Assembly (NCBI GenBank): GCA_018985225.1 | Contig: JADGIF010000025.1 | Location: forward strand, 1-32,000 | Direction: 5' to 3' | DNA length: 32,000 nt | Source: Amoeboradix gromovi X-113 | Taxonomy: Eukaryota; Fungi; Sanchytriomycota | In this document: positions 1 through 10,249 of the stretch, in pieces | Layout of the letters: the number at the start of each line of letters is the position of its first letter | Position numbering within the stretch: the stretch's first letter is position 1 | Notes under the pieces: model-generated | Databases searched by the model: none | What the model was told of the DNA's origin: nothing | The model's input: the letters and a program-made list of their open reading frames with translations, nothing else | Program-made: the position numbers and the translations under genes

Positions 1-94
1 GCTGTACAGAATATTTATTTTCCTTTTATACTCGTCAACTCCGCAACTAGCTGAATGTCCACTCGCCTCTTATATCCATAAAATTAATAAAGCT

Positions 95-151
95 GAAATA
101 ATGTGCCAAGTTGTTACTGAAAGTTAGTCCAGTTTTTATATTTGATGTCCT
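95..151. mobile_element. terminal fragment of the TIR MITE family also at 25790 and 29515
   Basis: gaaagttagtccagtttttatatttgatgtcct closely matches gaaagttagtctagtttttatatttgatgtccc at ~29858-29890; upstream tgaaataatg also aligns. Confidence 0.7.
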
Positions 152-186
152 AATTGTTTGAGAACACAAGCCACACTTTCCAAAAA

Positions 187-678
187 ATGATTTGGAACTT
201 GTTTTTTATTTATGGAATAAATAACATGGATATTCAGTGCAATGTCAACTATATGATTAACACGAAGAGTGACTACACACTAAGCAACGTATTTGATCAA
301 TATGGGATCGTAGATACATCTGCTACTACATTATACTTGGAATACACGTCCAATAAAGTAATTAGCACCAATAGCTTCCAATTTGGCAACTCAGCATTGT
401 ACAATTATACTTCTGAACAATTGAGAAATGGAGTATTACTACCTGCGTTGAGTGTAACCTCGTTCAAGTTTTTTGCTACCACAAATACGACTATTTCAGA
501 GCTGACACCATTCGAGATATCTATTTCAAAATTCAAGCTTTGCAAGACAGGCGCAAGTTGCTTTGGGTTCCAGCCTTGTTCATCTACTTCTGCACCTACT
601 AGTTCTGAGACACCTACTAAGTCAAGTTCAACTTACCCGAGAGCACTGAACTTATTTCTTTTGATGCTTTTATTGTAA
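187..678 (+). CDS. putative secreted/GPI-anchored protein
   Basis: First ATG at 187; short hydrophobic N-terminus (MIWNLFFIYG), Ser/Thr/Pro-rich stalk, hydrophobic C-terminal tail (LNLFLLMLLL). Confidence 0.6.
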   Translation: MIWNLFFIYGINNMDIQCNVNYMINTKSDYTLSNVFDQYGIVDTSATTLYLEYTSNKVISTNSFQFGNSALYNYTSEQLRNGVLLPALSVTSFKFFATTNTTISELTPFEISISKFKLCKTGASCFGFQPCSSTSAPTSSETPTKSSSTYPRALNLFLLMLLL

Positions 679-743
679 TAGCTAGAAAATAAATTTGTTA
701 AGTCAAGAACTTAGATATAAACGACAGGTTTTTATTTTAAAAT

Positions 744-2912
744 TCATCTCAAAGTATTTAGTGCCGATCCAGCTTTAAACCACTTCAAATGTAAGTCGGT
801 CATTGTGTGTTTGCACTTGACACTAGTATTAGTACCGCTAGGATGTTCAAACAGCAATTCTACAATTGACTTTGGTTTCAGGTTTACTAATCCTCGGGTC
901 TTCACATTTAACGATCCAGTTTCGTTGATCAAATTGTAATCATCAATGTTCACAAATGTCAATGGTAATATACCTTGTTTCTTCAGGTTTGTCTCGTGAA
1001 TTCTTGCAAATGATTTGCACAGAACTATTCTACAATTTAGATATCTTGGCTGCATAGCTGCATGTTCTCTAGCACTACCTTCCCCGTAATTCGAGTCCGC
1101 TATTATCATCCATGGTAACCCCTGTTTTTTTAAACGTTTTGCTATGTTGGGGATGGTGTCTGTTTCGCCGAGATATTTCGCCTCGTTGACCTTATTTGTG
1201 TCTGCATTAAGAGCACCAATTAGCGTATTCTCACTAATATTCTCCAAATGCCCCTTGTATTTTAACCATGGTCCCGCAGCACTTATATGATCAGTGGTAC
1301 ATTTTCCTTTCACTTTGATTAGAACCTTCATGTTATTGAATTCCTTGTTTTCAAAAGCAGGAAAAGGCTTAATCTCCTGTAGTCTTTGCGACTTGTTACT
1401 AAACTGAATTTGTATTTCTCTTTTCTCAGTTTTCTCAGGATAAAAATCGTTTTCAAACACAAATCCTCTAGTCGGTAAAACATGCCCAGTGGGAGCCTTG
1501 ATTTTAGTTCCGTTTATTTCGTCAGTAATGGGATTGAAGGAAAGCTTACCAGAGTAAGCCATTGCGGTGACTATCTCAGGGCTTGCTAGAAAGTTCATTG
1601 TATTTTTATTGCCGTCATTTCGACCCCTAAAATTGCGATTATATGAGGAAACGATTATGTTGCTTTCGTTTTCAGGAAGATCCCGTTTCCACTGACCTAT
1701 ACAAGGACCGCAAGCGTTGGAAAGAATAGTGGCACCACCATCTTCAAAACTACTGATAATGTCATCACGAATTAATGTTTGTTTTATTTGCTCAGAGCCT
1801 GGGGTAACAAGAAGCTCAACCACAGGTTTAATTTGTTTTTTTGACATCTGAGATACTATTTCAGCACTCTTTGACATGTCTTGATAACTGGAATTAGTGC
1901 AACTGCCGATTAGAGCAGAACTAATTTTGTCATCAAGTTTGTTATCTACCAAGTACTGCTTCATTTTGGAGATGGGAATAGCATGGTCAGGTGTGAATGG
2001 GCCATTGAAATGAGGCTCTAAAAGGCTTAGGTTAATTTCAATAACTTTATCGTAATAATGTCCGGGGTTATCCAAAACTTCTTTATCAGCAGTAAAGTAA
2101 TCTTTGTATTTTGTCACGTTTTTGATTAAGTGTTGTCTTTGAGTGTTTTTTAAATACTCAAGCATTTGCTGTGTAACAGGAAATACACTTGTTGTCGCAC
2201 CCATTTCGGCGCCATTATTTGTAATTGTAGCCATGCCCGTACAGCTCAGCGTATCTACGCCAGGCCCAAAGTATTCCACGATATGATTGGTAGCACCATG
2301 CACACCTAATTTTCCAACCAAATTCAAAATCAAATCTTTAGGTGAAGTCCATTCAGGTAATGTGCCGTGTAAATAAACACCGATAATCTTTTGAGGCGCG
2401 AGATCCCACTCTAATCCACATAATACTTCTACAGCATCCATTCCACCAACACCGATAGCAAGGCATCCTAATCCACCGCTATTTGGAGTGTGGCTATCTG
2501 TACCCAGCATTAGAATACCAGGGGCAGCATACTTCTCCAAGACTATTTGATGTATAATACCGCATCCAGGCTTGTAAAAATCAATTCCGTACTTTGTTGA
2601 TGCTTGTTGCAGAAAGTTGTAAACTTCTTCATGCTGTTTGTAAGAATACTTCAAAGTATTTTCAATACTCAATGATGAATCAGCTTGGATAAGATGATCG
2701 CAGTGGATAGATGCAGGTACCATAATTTGGCTGTTTGTTGTCAATAATTGCAACATTGCTGTTTGTGCACTCGCGTCTTGCATAGCCACCCTGTCAGGTT
2801 TGTAACCATTAATGCCTTTATGTGCAAGCAGTATTTTATGTGCGTATGGCAATGGAGATTCCTTGAGTCGTTTGTAGTTCTGAAATAGCTTGTGATAGTC
2901 ATATTTCAACAT
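744..2912 (-). CDS. ACO2: mitochondrial-type aconitase, fungal Aco2 (homocitrate dehydratase) type
   Basis: DRVAMQDASAQ, IHCDHLI, GTDSHT, LIGSCTNSSY, NACGPCIGQW, NRNF, TTDHISAAGPWLKYKGHL; QDASAQ and KYKGH match Aco2 rather than Aco1 (QDATAQ, KYRGH). Confidence 0.9.
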   Translation of the reverse strand: MLKYDYHKLFQNYKRLKESPLPYAHKILLAHKGINGYKPDRVAMQDASAQTAMLQLLTTNSQIMVPASIHCDHLIQADSSLSIENTLKYSYKQHEEVYNFLQQASTKYGIDFYKPGCGIIHQIVLEKYAAPGILMLGTDSHTPNSGGLGCLAIGVGGMDAVEVLCGLEWDLAPQKIIGVYLHGTLPEWTSPKDLILNLVGKLGVHGATNHIVEYFGPGVDTLSCTGMATITNNGAEMGATTSVFPVTQQMLEYLKNTQRQHLIKNVTKYKDYFTADKEVLDNPGHYYDKVIEINLSLLEPHFNGPFTPDHAIPISKMKQYLVDNKLDDKISSALIGSCTNSSYQDMSKSAEIVSQMSKKQIKPVVELLVTPGSEQIKQTLIRDDIISSFEDGGATILSNACGPCIGQWKRDLPENESNIIVSSYNRNFRGRNDGNKNTMNFLASPEIVTAMAYSGKLSFNPITDEINGTKIKAPTGHVLPTRGFVFENDFYPEKTEKREIQIQFSNKSQRLQEIKPFPAFENKEFNNMKVLIKVKGKCTTDHISAAGPWLKYKGHLENISENTLIGALNADTNKVNEAKYLGETDTIPNIAKRLKKQGLPWMIIADSNYGEGSAREHAAMQPRYLNCRIVLCKSFARIHETNLKKQGILPLTFVNIDDYNLINETGSLNVKTRGLVNLKPKSIVELLFEHPSGTNTSVKCKHTMTDLHLKWFKAGSALNTLR

Positions 2913-2980
2913 AGGAAAAAGAATTTTACCAATGGGGAGTAAAAGGAGATGAAAAAAGAGATAAATTATTGTATAAACAG

Positions 2981-3559
2981 CTCGATTGTTTTCTTGAATA
3001 AACCGTTTGTCGCGAGTTTGTATGCATTTCTATATAATTTCATGACTTTTTTAATTGCTTAAATACTCGATATTCTTCCTTTTCAAAAGTGTTAAATGGA
3101 ATTAATGGATGTGATCCCGAATATGTCAAATCTAAAGAAGTAACAGGTACAGCATACATTTATCAACACTGAGGAACTGCCCCAAACATGGAACAACTAG
3201 ATGTCTTTTTAATGCCTATAAGAGACCAACGATAAAATAAACTTGTACACCATCTATTCAATAATCCGTATGTCTTGCGTGTGCAACAATGCGATATCCT
3301 AATACTTATGACGAATGTACAAGCTGAGGCAATCTTAAGAAACCCAATTTGAAAAGCTACGTTTATACCTACTATCATATAAAAGTAGATAGAGATCATA
3401 TGGCAACAAGGAACGTATACATCAAGTATCTGCATTCTTATTCAATCCCGTCTCAGGGTAGTGAAAGCGTGAGCAACCACTGTAACGGAGCATCTAGTAT
3501 TGATAGTTTCTCTATGGAAATTCTCGATTTTCTCGGAAATCAAGACTTTTAACGAGGAA
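2981..3559 (+). mobile_element. non-autonomous IS607/Fanzor2 element, copy A
   Basis: Left end cag|ctcgattgttttcttgaataaa; degenerate TnpA HTH; VDRDHMATRNVYIKYL (RuvC-III); right end ...aaatcaagacttttaacgaggaa. Confidence 0.85.
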
Positions 3560-4706
3560 TACCTTATCAGGCTATTACACTTGCAGTTAAACGGACTAAA
3601 GCAGCATAAAGTGACGAAGAAGCCCTTAATTCTTAGTCAGGGAGTACTTGTTAACTACGTCAGAAAGACATTTCAGCTTATGTGGGACCCAATATTAGAA
3701 AATATCCCACTATAAGTCGGAGAACCACCTAGAAAGATGTGTCAGTCCAACAATATGTCATCAAGCCTTTTTTCAACACGAAAAATGCACTGGCAATCTC
3801 TTTCGAAATAGCTTGGCAGATTAGCACTTGAGCATATATTTCAGGATCTCAACTGACAATCATTTTCATACTATGTCTTGATGTTTGTATGTCATATCTG
3901 ATGACATTAAGATGTCGGATTCCTGTTGTGGTTTCTACATGTCCTTTCTACTTGGAAATGAGGACATCATGTCAGAATGGGCTTTATATATCTGAATATT
4001 GATAGACAAAAAAGATATTTTAGTTATTGCACAATTGTACCACATGCAATACTAATGAGTCAGCTCATTAAGAGACATATGTTTTAATGCCTTAATAGAC
4101 CAACATAGTTTTGTTGGTTACCTTAAAGGAAGACAAAACCTGAAATAATGGTTAACACCCGAATACTCGACTAAAATGATCGACTCAATCGACAATGTAT
4201 GTCCAGGGTTACAATATGCAATAAAGGCTACCGGAATTTTCTGAACTGTTATGTAAACACCTATAACCAAACCGTTAGATCCCAAATTAGATATTCAGAA
4301 AAACCAGCTGGTCTCCAAAAAAGAAAAGATTTTATGGATATGGTAAAAGTATACTAGCGTTGCTTATTTCTGAGTTCAGTGTATCCAAAGACTTCTAAAA
4401 CTGTTGTGGGAATGATAGCAAATACAACAGCATTCTGCGTTCCCATGTATCCCAAGTAACGCTGGTATGCCCACTAATCTGGAGTCTTTGGATCTGAATG
4501 TTTGTTGTAACCATCCTCACGTTATTGAAAGTCTACTTATTTGCAATGCTAGACTTGACTGGAGAAGAAGCGTAATCATTAGCGATGATAAGTCGCCTAA
4601 AGCATAGGCGGTATAATATGAACCTTGCTAATTGAGTTTATCTACTCTTTGAGACATTTGTTTTAGAAACTTCTGCAAAGTGTATCATTGTGAGGAGTAA
4701 ACACAA

Positions 4707-5855
4707 ATGGTCCCCAAGAAATCAAAAAGCAAGAGGACGACTCTTAAAATGAAGTATAAGATTGAAAAGAGAGTGAATGACCATCATCGCAAACAAAGAA
4801 AAGAAGCTAAGAAAATTGGAGGAAAGAAGAAGAAAATTGTCGATACTGTACCTAAAATGATGCCAAACCGTGAGTCTATAATTGCCAATCTACAAAACCG
4901 TAAACCTTTACTCCAAATGACAGAGATGGTTAAAAGAGATGCTCCTGTACTAGTTCCTGAAGAAAAAAAAGAAATTATAGTGCAGTCTGGTAATCGTCTA
5001 GTTCACCAAGCTATCGATGCTGCTGAGGCTGTTGTTGAGATATTGGATGCCCGTTGTCCCGAGGCATTTAGAAATTTCACAGTTGAGAAATACATCCAAA
5101 GCACTAAAAAACCATTTTTTAAAGTCCTGACTAAAATAGATCTAGTTCACGCATCAGTTGCTGAGAAGTGGAAAAAGGCGATAAATGGCACTGTTTTTAT
5201 GGTAAAGTGCAACACTCAATCTCAAAAATATAATTTGAGTAGAAATTCTGGTCCTTCTAGTGCCAAGGGCATTGATGCCTTGTATGGTCAATTAATGAAA
5301 TATAGAACTGTTGCATTCTTCGGTGCCCCAAGTGTTGGTAAATCTAGCTTAATCAACTCATTGTGTCGAGAAAGAGTAGCCCAAAGTGGAAAGAATGACG
5401 GGACTACTAAAGGATTGATGGAAGTCGCAGTTTCTAAAAAATTGAAAGTTCTGGATACACCAGGAATTTATCCCGATAACAACAACAATTTAATCAAAAT
5501 TCTTCAAAACAGAGACGTTGAATTAATGTTTAAATGGTTTGTCGAAAGCAATGGCTTACACCATTTGGTACTAGCTTACAACATTCCACATGTGCTTACA
5601 TGTGATGACTTTGTTAAGGCTATAGCGGATCGATTCAAGTATTTTTCCAAAGGCAAAATAGATTTGTATAGAGCTACAGAAAAGATTATCAAAGACTTTA
5701 GAGATCTAGGATTCTGGCAATGCGAACCAGCTCCGTCAGGCAAAGGGTTCATTTTATGTCCTTCAATGGCTACTGGCATGGACATAGATGTGGATTCCCC
5801 AATTCCCAGTGATGATAATATGGATGAGTTCATGCAAGATGATTTAGGTCAGTAA
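4707..5855 (+). CDS. NUG1: circularly permuted nucleolar GTPase Nug1/GNL3 (nucleostemin)
   Basis: Basic N-terminal domain (KSKRTTLKMKYKIEKRVNDHHRK), ILDARCP, G4 TKID, G1 GAPSVGKSS, G3 DTPG in permuted order. Confidence 0.9.
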   Translation: MVPKKSKSKRTTLKMKYKIEKRVNDHHRKQRKEAKKIGGKKKKIVDTVPKMMPNRESIIANLQNRKPLLQMTEMVKRDAPVLVPEEKKEIIVQSGNRLVHQAIDAAEAVVEILDARCPEAFRNFTVEKYIQSTKKPFFKVLTKIDLVHASVAEKWKKAINGTVFMVKCNTQSQKYNLSRNSGPSSAKGIDALYGQLMKYRTVAFFGAPSVGKSSLINSLCRERVAQSGKNDGTTKGLMEVAVSKKLKVLDTPGIYPDNNNNLIKILQNRDVELMFKWFVESNGLHHLVLAYNIPHVLTCDDFVKAIADRFKYFSKGKIDLYRATEKIIKDFRDLGFWQCEPAPSGKGFILCPSMATGMDIDVDSPIPSDDNMDEFMQDDLGQ

Positions 5856-5897
5856 ATTTATTAAGCAAACACTTTGCTCTCCTGTGAATTACGTTGT

Positions 5898-6449
5898 CTC
5901 CGCATTAAAAGTCCTGATTTCTTAAAAATCGAGAATTTCCACAGAGAAACTAATGCTAGATCTCCGTTACAGTGATTGCTCACGCTTTCACTACCCTGAG
6001 ACGGGATTGAATAAGGATGCATATACTTGTATATGCTCCTTACTGCCGTATGGTCTCTATCTATTTCCAAATGACAATTTGTACATGTGTATGTTTCTAA
6101 GTTGGTTTTCTTTAGAGTACCATACCTTGTACATGTCTGACTAGCAAATGCTTCATTACATTCAACCATCTTCTTTCCTCTTTGTTTACACTTGAACTTC
6201 AACCATTCCTTGAATAAATTGTACAGATATCGCTGTCTAGGCATTGAAAGACACCTAATTCTTCCATGTTTGGAACAATTCCTCAACGTCGATGAATGTA
6301 TGCTGTACCTATTAGTTATTTCTTCAGATTTGACTTGCCATTTGCGAAAATGAAGAGCATCGAGTATTTAAGGTATTGGAAAAATCTGAGAAAGTCCTGC
6401 GATTACATAGAGATTCTCTATAAATGATTTATTTTACAAAATTCAATAG
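5898..6449 (-). mobile_element. non-autonomous IS607/Fanzor2 element, copy B
   Basis: TnpA-HTH piece (TLRNCSKHGRIRCLSMP) fused to the Fanzor C-terminus (FKEWLKFKCKQRG..NEAFASQTCTRYG..CTNCHLEIDRDH); right end ttttaatgcggag at 5898. Confidence 0.9.
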
Positions 6450-6526
6450 CTGTAGCGCGTCTTTTTCCACTTTGAAATCGTAGAAATTATATCGTTACTG
6501 GAAATTTATATTTTCCAGTCAAACAG

Positions 6527-6562
6527 CTCGATTTTTAAGAAATCAGGACTTTTAGCGAGGGA
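6527..6562 (+). mobile_element. 36-bp mini derivative with left end fused directly to right end
   Basis: aaacagctcgatt (identical to 2975-2987) runs directly into tttaagaaatcaggacttttagcgagg. Confidence 0.6.
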
Positions 6563-6616
6563 TGGAATTAGTACCTCAAGAAGCGGTATAGTGGAAAAAG
6601 AGCAGAGTTCAATTTA

Positions 6617-7675
6617 TTAGCAAAATAAATCATGTTCACCGTCCATCCACAATTTGGGTGCTTTTTTCATTGTCCTACCATTTATTTCAACAAACTCAGG
6701 ATAAATCATTTCCTCTTGAATCTTCTCCTTTATAACAGTCTTTTCAAAGTCTTTACAATTATAGTCGATCCCCTCAACATCTTCTAAATTCCACATAGCT
6801 CTCTTCTTACTGCTTTTATGGTCCGAGTCTATCCATTGCTGTCCAAATGAATCAAATAGTCCACTAATATCCGCATGGTAATGCTTTTGGAGTGCTTTGA
6901 TCTCATATGCTTGATTAGTGTGTTCGCTAGTCGCTGAGTATTCACCGACGTTGTGTGGAGAAGTGTCATGAATTAAATCCCACAGAGCAGGTTTAAATTT
7001 TCTAATCAAGTTACAAAGGACAACTGCAATTCTACTGCATGTACCGAGATCACATAAAACAGCTACTGAGCATAGCAACTTGAAATAATTTCGCAAATAA
7101 ACGTGAGAGAGTCCAATTGAATTCAAAATGGTATTAACCAGTTCTAGTCCATTAGGCTCATTAACAATGAAGGGCAACAGCTCATATACTTTGCTGTAGA
7201 ACAGTTCTACCTGTAAGTTCTTCTTAACCATCAAAAACATTAAAGCTTCTAAGCAACTCAATAAGGACTGGTTAGTAGGTTCTAACAAGTTCAACAAAAT
7301 CCCGAATAGTTTTTCAGGATGCGGTAGATGATAAATATACTTGAGACCGTACTCTAGTAATTCTGATCTGTTTAGTTGAACTAATATCTTTTCTAGCAAA
7401 CTGTAATGGTTCTTTTGTAGTAAGCAAGGATGGCGTTCAACTTTAATCAAAGTCTTAGTTTCTGCTGACATGGTAATAAAGTCTTTTAGCTTAGGATTTT
7501 CTTGAATATGAGAATTAATAATTTTTAATGTGAAGTATCTGACATCCATTAGCTGCATGCATTTCTTAAAATGCTTAGGATCTATTTCTAACAGCAACCT
7601 TAGGTGGTCTTCAATTGGCCACTGATGTACCACAGATATTGATTTTAGAAATGAAGTTATATTCTCTTTGGTCAT
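6617..7675 (-). CDS. NOC4: CBF/Mak21-domain nucleolar protein, Noc4-like
   Basis: FYSKVYELL, YLRNYFKLLCSVA, LCNLIRKFKP and YEIKALQKHYHADIS match the Noc4 CBF domain pattern. Confidence 0.7.
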   Translation of the reverse strand: MTKENITSFLKSISVVHQWPIEDHLRLLLEIDPKHFKKCMQLMDVRYFTLKIINSHIQENPKLKDFITMSAETKTLIKVERHPCLLQKNHYSLLEKILVQLNRSELLEYGLKYIYHLPHPEKLFGILLNLLEPTNQSLLSCLEALMFLMVKKNLQVELFYSKVYELLPFIVNEPNGLELVNTILNSIGLSHVYLRNYFKLLCSVAVLCDLGTCSRIAVVLCNLIRKFKPALWDLIHDTSPHNVGEYSATSEHTNQAYEIKALQKHYHADISGLFDSFGQQWIDSDHKSSKKRAMWNLEDVEGIDYNCKDFEKTVIKEKIQEEMIYPEFVEINGRTMKKAPKLWMDGEHDLFC

Positions 7676-7680
7676 TTAAC

Positions 7681-7755
7681 CTCCTTGCTTGACCCAAATT
7701 ACTCAGATTAGATTCTTAAGCATTCCATGAGTGAAACTCTGATGACCTCTCGGTG
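7681..7755 (-). mobile_element. possible highly degenerate Fanzor right end upstream of NOC4
   Basis: agtttcactcatggaa resembles consensus agtttctctatggaa; 42 nt from tggaa to the terminal GGAG versus 40 in consensus; the interior is poorly conserved. Confidence 0.3.
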
Positions 7756-7814
7756 AAGCTAAATGAAATATCACCGTTATTATTCTCTGCAATTTTTAGT
7801 AAAGATATTAATAT

Positions 7815-9524
7815 TTATTCATTTTTATATTTAAATGCAACTAGTTGTAGAATATACAAATACTCAAAATACCATCCATTCAAGGTGCAAGAAGAAAGCA
7901 GCAACAGTCCAACATCGCGCTGTACATTTGGTAGCAATGGCAACACACCATAAATTCCATTAATCGCCAGTTCTGTCCAATTTGCAACGTAGATAAGTCT
8001 GTAATCCGCCAGTAATCTCAAAATAGTTTGTAACAAGCACATTATTCCTATTACCTGATTTATCCTGGATTTCTTAATAAAGTACAAGCAAGTTATTATT
8101 ATGTTAACGTGTTGAATTGGAGCAAGGGCTAAGAGTATAATGTTGTAGTTTGTAGGAAACAGATACAATGCCTTGTTCAAGACGCTAATTAACCACTGTA
8201 ACAATTGTTTAAGCACAAATGCAAGAAATATAAATAGCGGAATATTCCACGCTTTATCGAGGATTGAAGTGGTATCATTTAGATTGTAAATTAAGAAAAC
8301 AAAAGCATAGTATACGCCATATTTAACGGACAACAGCGCGGTAGTTGTAATTATTGTTGAGTAGTGTTCCCTTATGCTTTTAACCATTAAAATAGGATTT
8401 ACTGAAATTGAAGAATTACAAAAGGGCTCCAAGAGAATTCTGTTATTCACGGGCGTAACAAAATGCAAACCGGATTGACCTTCTGTCTGTTTATACATTG
8501 TTTTACCTGACATCAAGATCAATGTACAATTGGAATGATGTGAATATAAATACTGGGATGGGATGCTGATCGATTGCCAATTACGGGACCTGAATGATCT
8601 GTTTATAAATGCGCTGTTAATGCTCTCAATTTGTGTCAATTGATACGTCTTGTTGTAGTTTATTTGGTAAGTATCTGGGGTCAAATAATGTATATATTCA
8701 TCTTTATAGCTGATTCCATTAGGGCTATGACTGCTGTGATTTAATGTGTAGTTAGCAATGCCTACTAATAAACTAGAGTTTTCAACAGTGATTTTGGCGT
8801 GCTTATTTAGTATATGAGAAATTAAAGTTATTTTATTTCTATTCGTGTAGTAATCCACAATCTTTAGTATCAGCTGGTTACACCATAATATAGCTAGATG
8901 GTCAACACCGGTATCTATTAATTCATAAGTTGAAGTTGCATTTTTGAACAAAAGCGGACTAACTTGGATATCACGATAGCCACCGTAAACAGATAAATGA
9001 TGGAGAGGCAGTTGGTTTATATGATATAATTTTGGATCAACTGGAGTCGGAGGCGCATTCGGGGATGCCAAGGTAACTATGGAGTTCAGTTTTAGATCTT
9101 TTAGTTGCAAAGCATAGCGAAGGACAAAAGATCCCATTGAATGAGACATTATGCTTATAGGAATATCAGGATGCAATTTATTTATATGATCGATCACTTT
9201 GATGAAGAACAACGCTTGTTGCTTAACAATATTTAGACTAAAAACACTAAACTCTTCATTAAAATCGATAGAATATACTTGAAATGGTGCAACTTTAACT
9301 AGTTCACTCCCTAATGACCTTACTTGTTTATACGATCCTTTATTACCTGGCATAAACAATAATACTTCACTAACTCTTGAATGGATGTAATTTCTATCAT
9401 AATATTGATATAATGCATAATAATCTTGAAGTATCAATTTGTAGTTAGGATTCATCCATGTCATTCGGCAATGTTGAGATTCTGTTGGCATTTGGATTGC
9501 AGATAATAAAAATGGCAGAATCAT
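7815..9524 (-). CDS. BST1: GPI inositol-deacylase (PGAP1/Bst1)
   Basis: LFMPGNKGSYKQVRS, DFNEEFS, lipase box SHSMG, DHLAILWCNQL, C-terminal TM segments; start at ATG 9524 inferred. Confidence 0.88.
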   Translation of the reverse strand: MILPFLLSAIQMPTESQHCRMTWMNPNYKLILQDYYALYQYYDRNYIHSRVSEVLLFMPGNKGSYKQVRSLGSELVKVAPFQVYSIDFNEEFSVFSLNIVKQQALFFIKVIDHINKLHPDIPISIMSHSMGSFVLRYALQLKDLKLNSIVTLASPNAPPTPVDPKLYHINQLPLHHLSVYGGYRDIQVSPLLFKNATSTYELIDTGVDHLAILWCNQLILKIVDYYTNRNKITLISHILNKHAKITVENSSLLVGIANYTLNHSSHSPNGISYKDEYIHYLTPDTYQINYNKTYQLTQIESINSAFINRSFRSRNWQSISIPSQYLYSHHSNCTLILMSGKTMYKQTEGQSGLHFVTPVNNRILLEPFCNSSISVNPILMVKSIREHYSTIITTTALLSVKYGVYYAFVFLIYNLNDTTSILDKAWNIPLFIFLAFVLKQLLQWLISVLNKALYLFPTNYNIILLALAPIQHVNIIITCLYFIKKSRINQVIGIMCLLQTILRLLADYRLIYVANWTELAINGIYGVLPLLPNVQRDVGLLLLSSCTLNGWYFEYLYILQLVAFKYKNE

Positions 9525-10249
9525 AAAACAAATTGGAGAGCTTGGATTCCCTGCAAACATCAAGGCCACTGATCCAGGACTTGCGTTGGGTAATTAGAAT
9601 TAAGCTTTCACTTAATTAATTATATAAGATTTGCTTACACCAGTTGCGATGCTCGGATGTATTTATCGTTTCTCTACTTTTAGAAACAAACAAGGAATTA
9701 GTAAACCAATATACTTCTATACAGCACGTAAACTGGCTCAAATTATAAAGAATGCAATGGCTCTTTCCTTTGCACTGGTAACTTCGATCACCACACTAAA
9801 TCTCTACTGATGATATTGCTTCAGTGTCTTTGCATTTATATGCTGGTCTTTCCCAACACTCTTTTTACATATCAGATCTAAATTTGTCGCATTTCTGATG
9901 TTAGCGATCACTCTAGAGTGAGTGCAAGGTTCTGTACCACGGTGCGCTCTATATTTGGACACCTTACTTGTCCGGGTTCCAATAAGCCATCTCTTTTTTC
10001 GCTGTCTTTTATTAAATCCACACTATTCTCCATAGAGTATGAACAGCTACAGCAAGTTTTTAGCTTGAAGGTTGATTCTTCGATTCTGCAGATGCATTCA
10101 CAACTAACAATTACATCACAAAATTATGGTCAGTCAGTCTTCTTGGATCAGCAGTACTTCTTTTAATTTCACAAAGCATTTATCGTGACCATGTGAATTC
10201 TATCGCTCAAGTAGCCTACTTCATTGATAAGAAAAAAGGATTTTGAAAG

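Noticed and set aside
3560-4690. Gene or element in the long spacer; a ~30-nt TnpA-like patch lies at ~4079-4108
   Set aside because: There is no sustained ORF or alignable boundary; it is probably decayed sequence.
7676-7686. AGGAGG before an ATG read as a Shine-Dalgarno site or bacterial origin
   Set aside because: The genes are eukaryote-specific and the window has spliceosomal introns and poly(A) signals.
9570-10200. Possible gene or ncRNA upstream of BST1
   Set aside because: No recognisable protein or RNA family motif was visible by eye.
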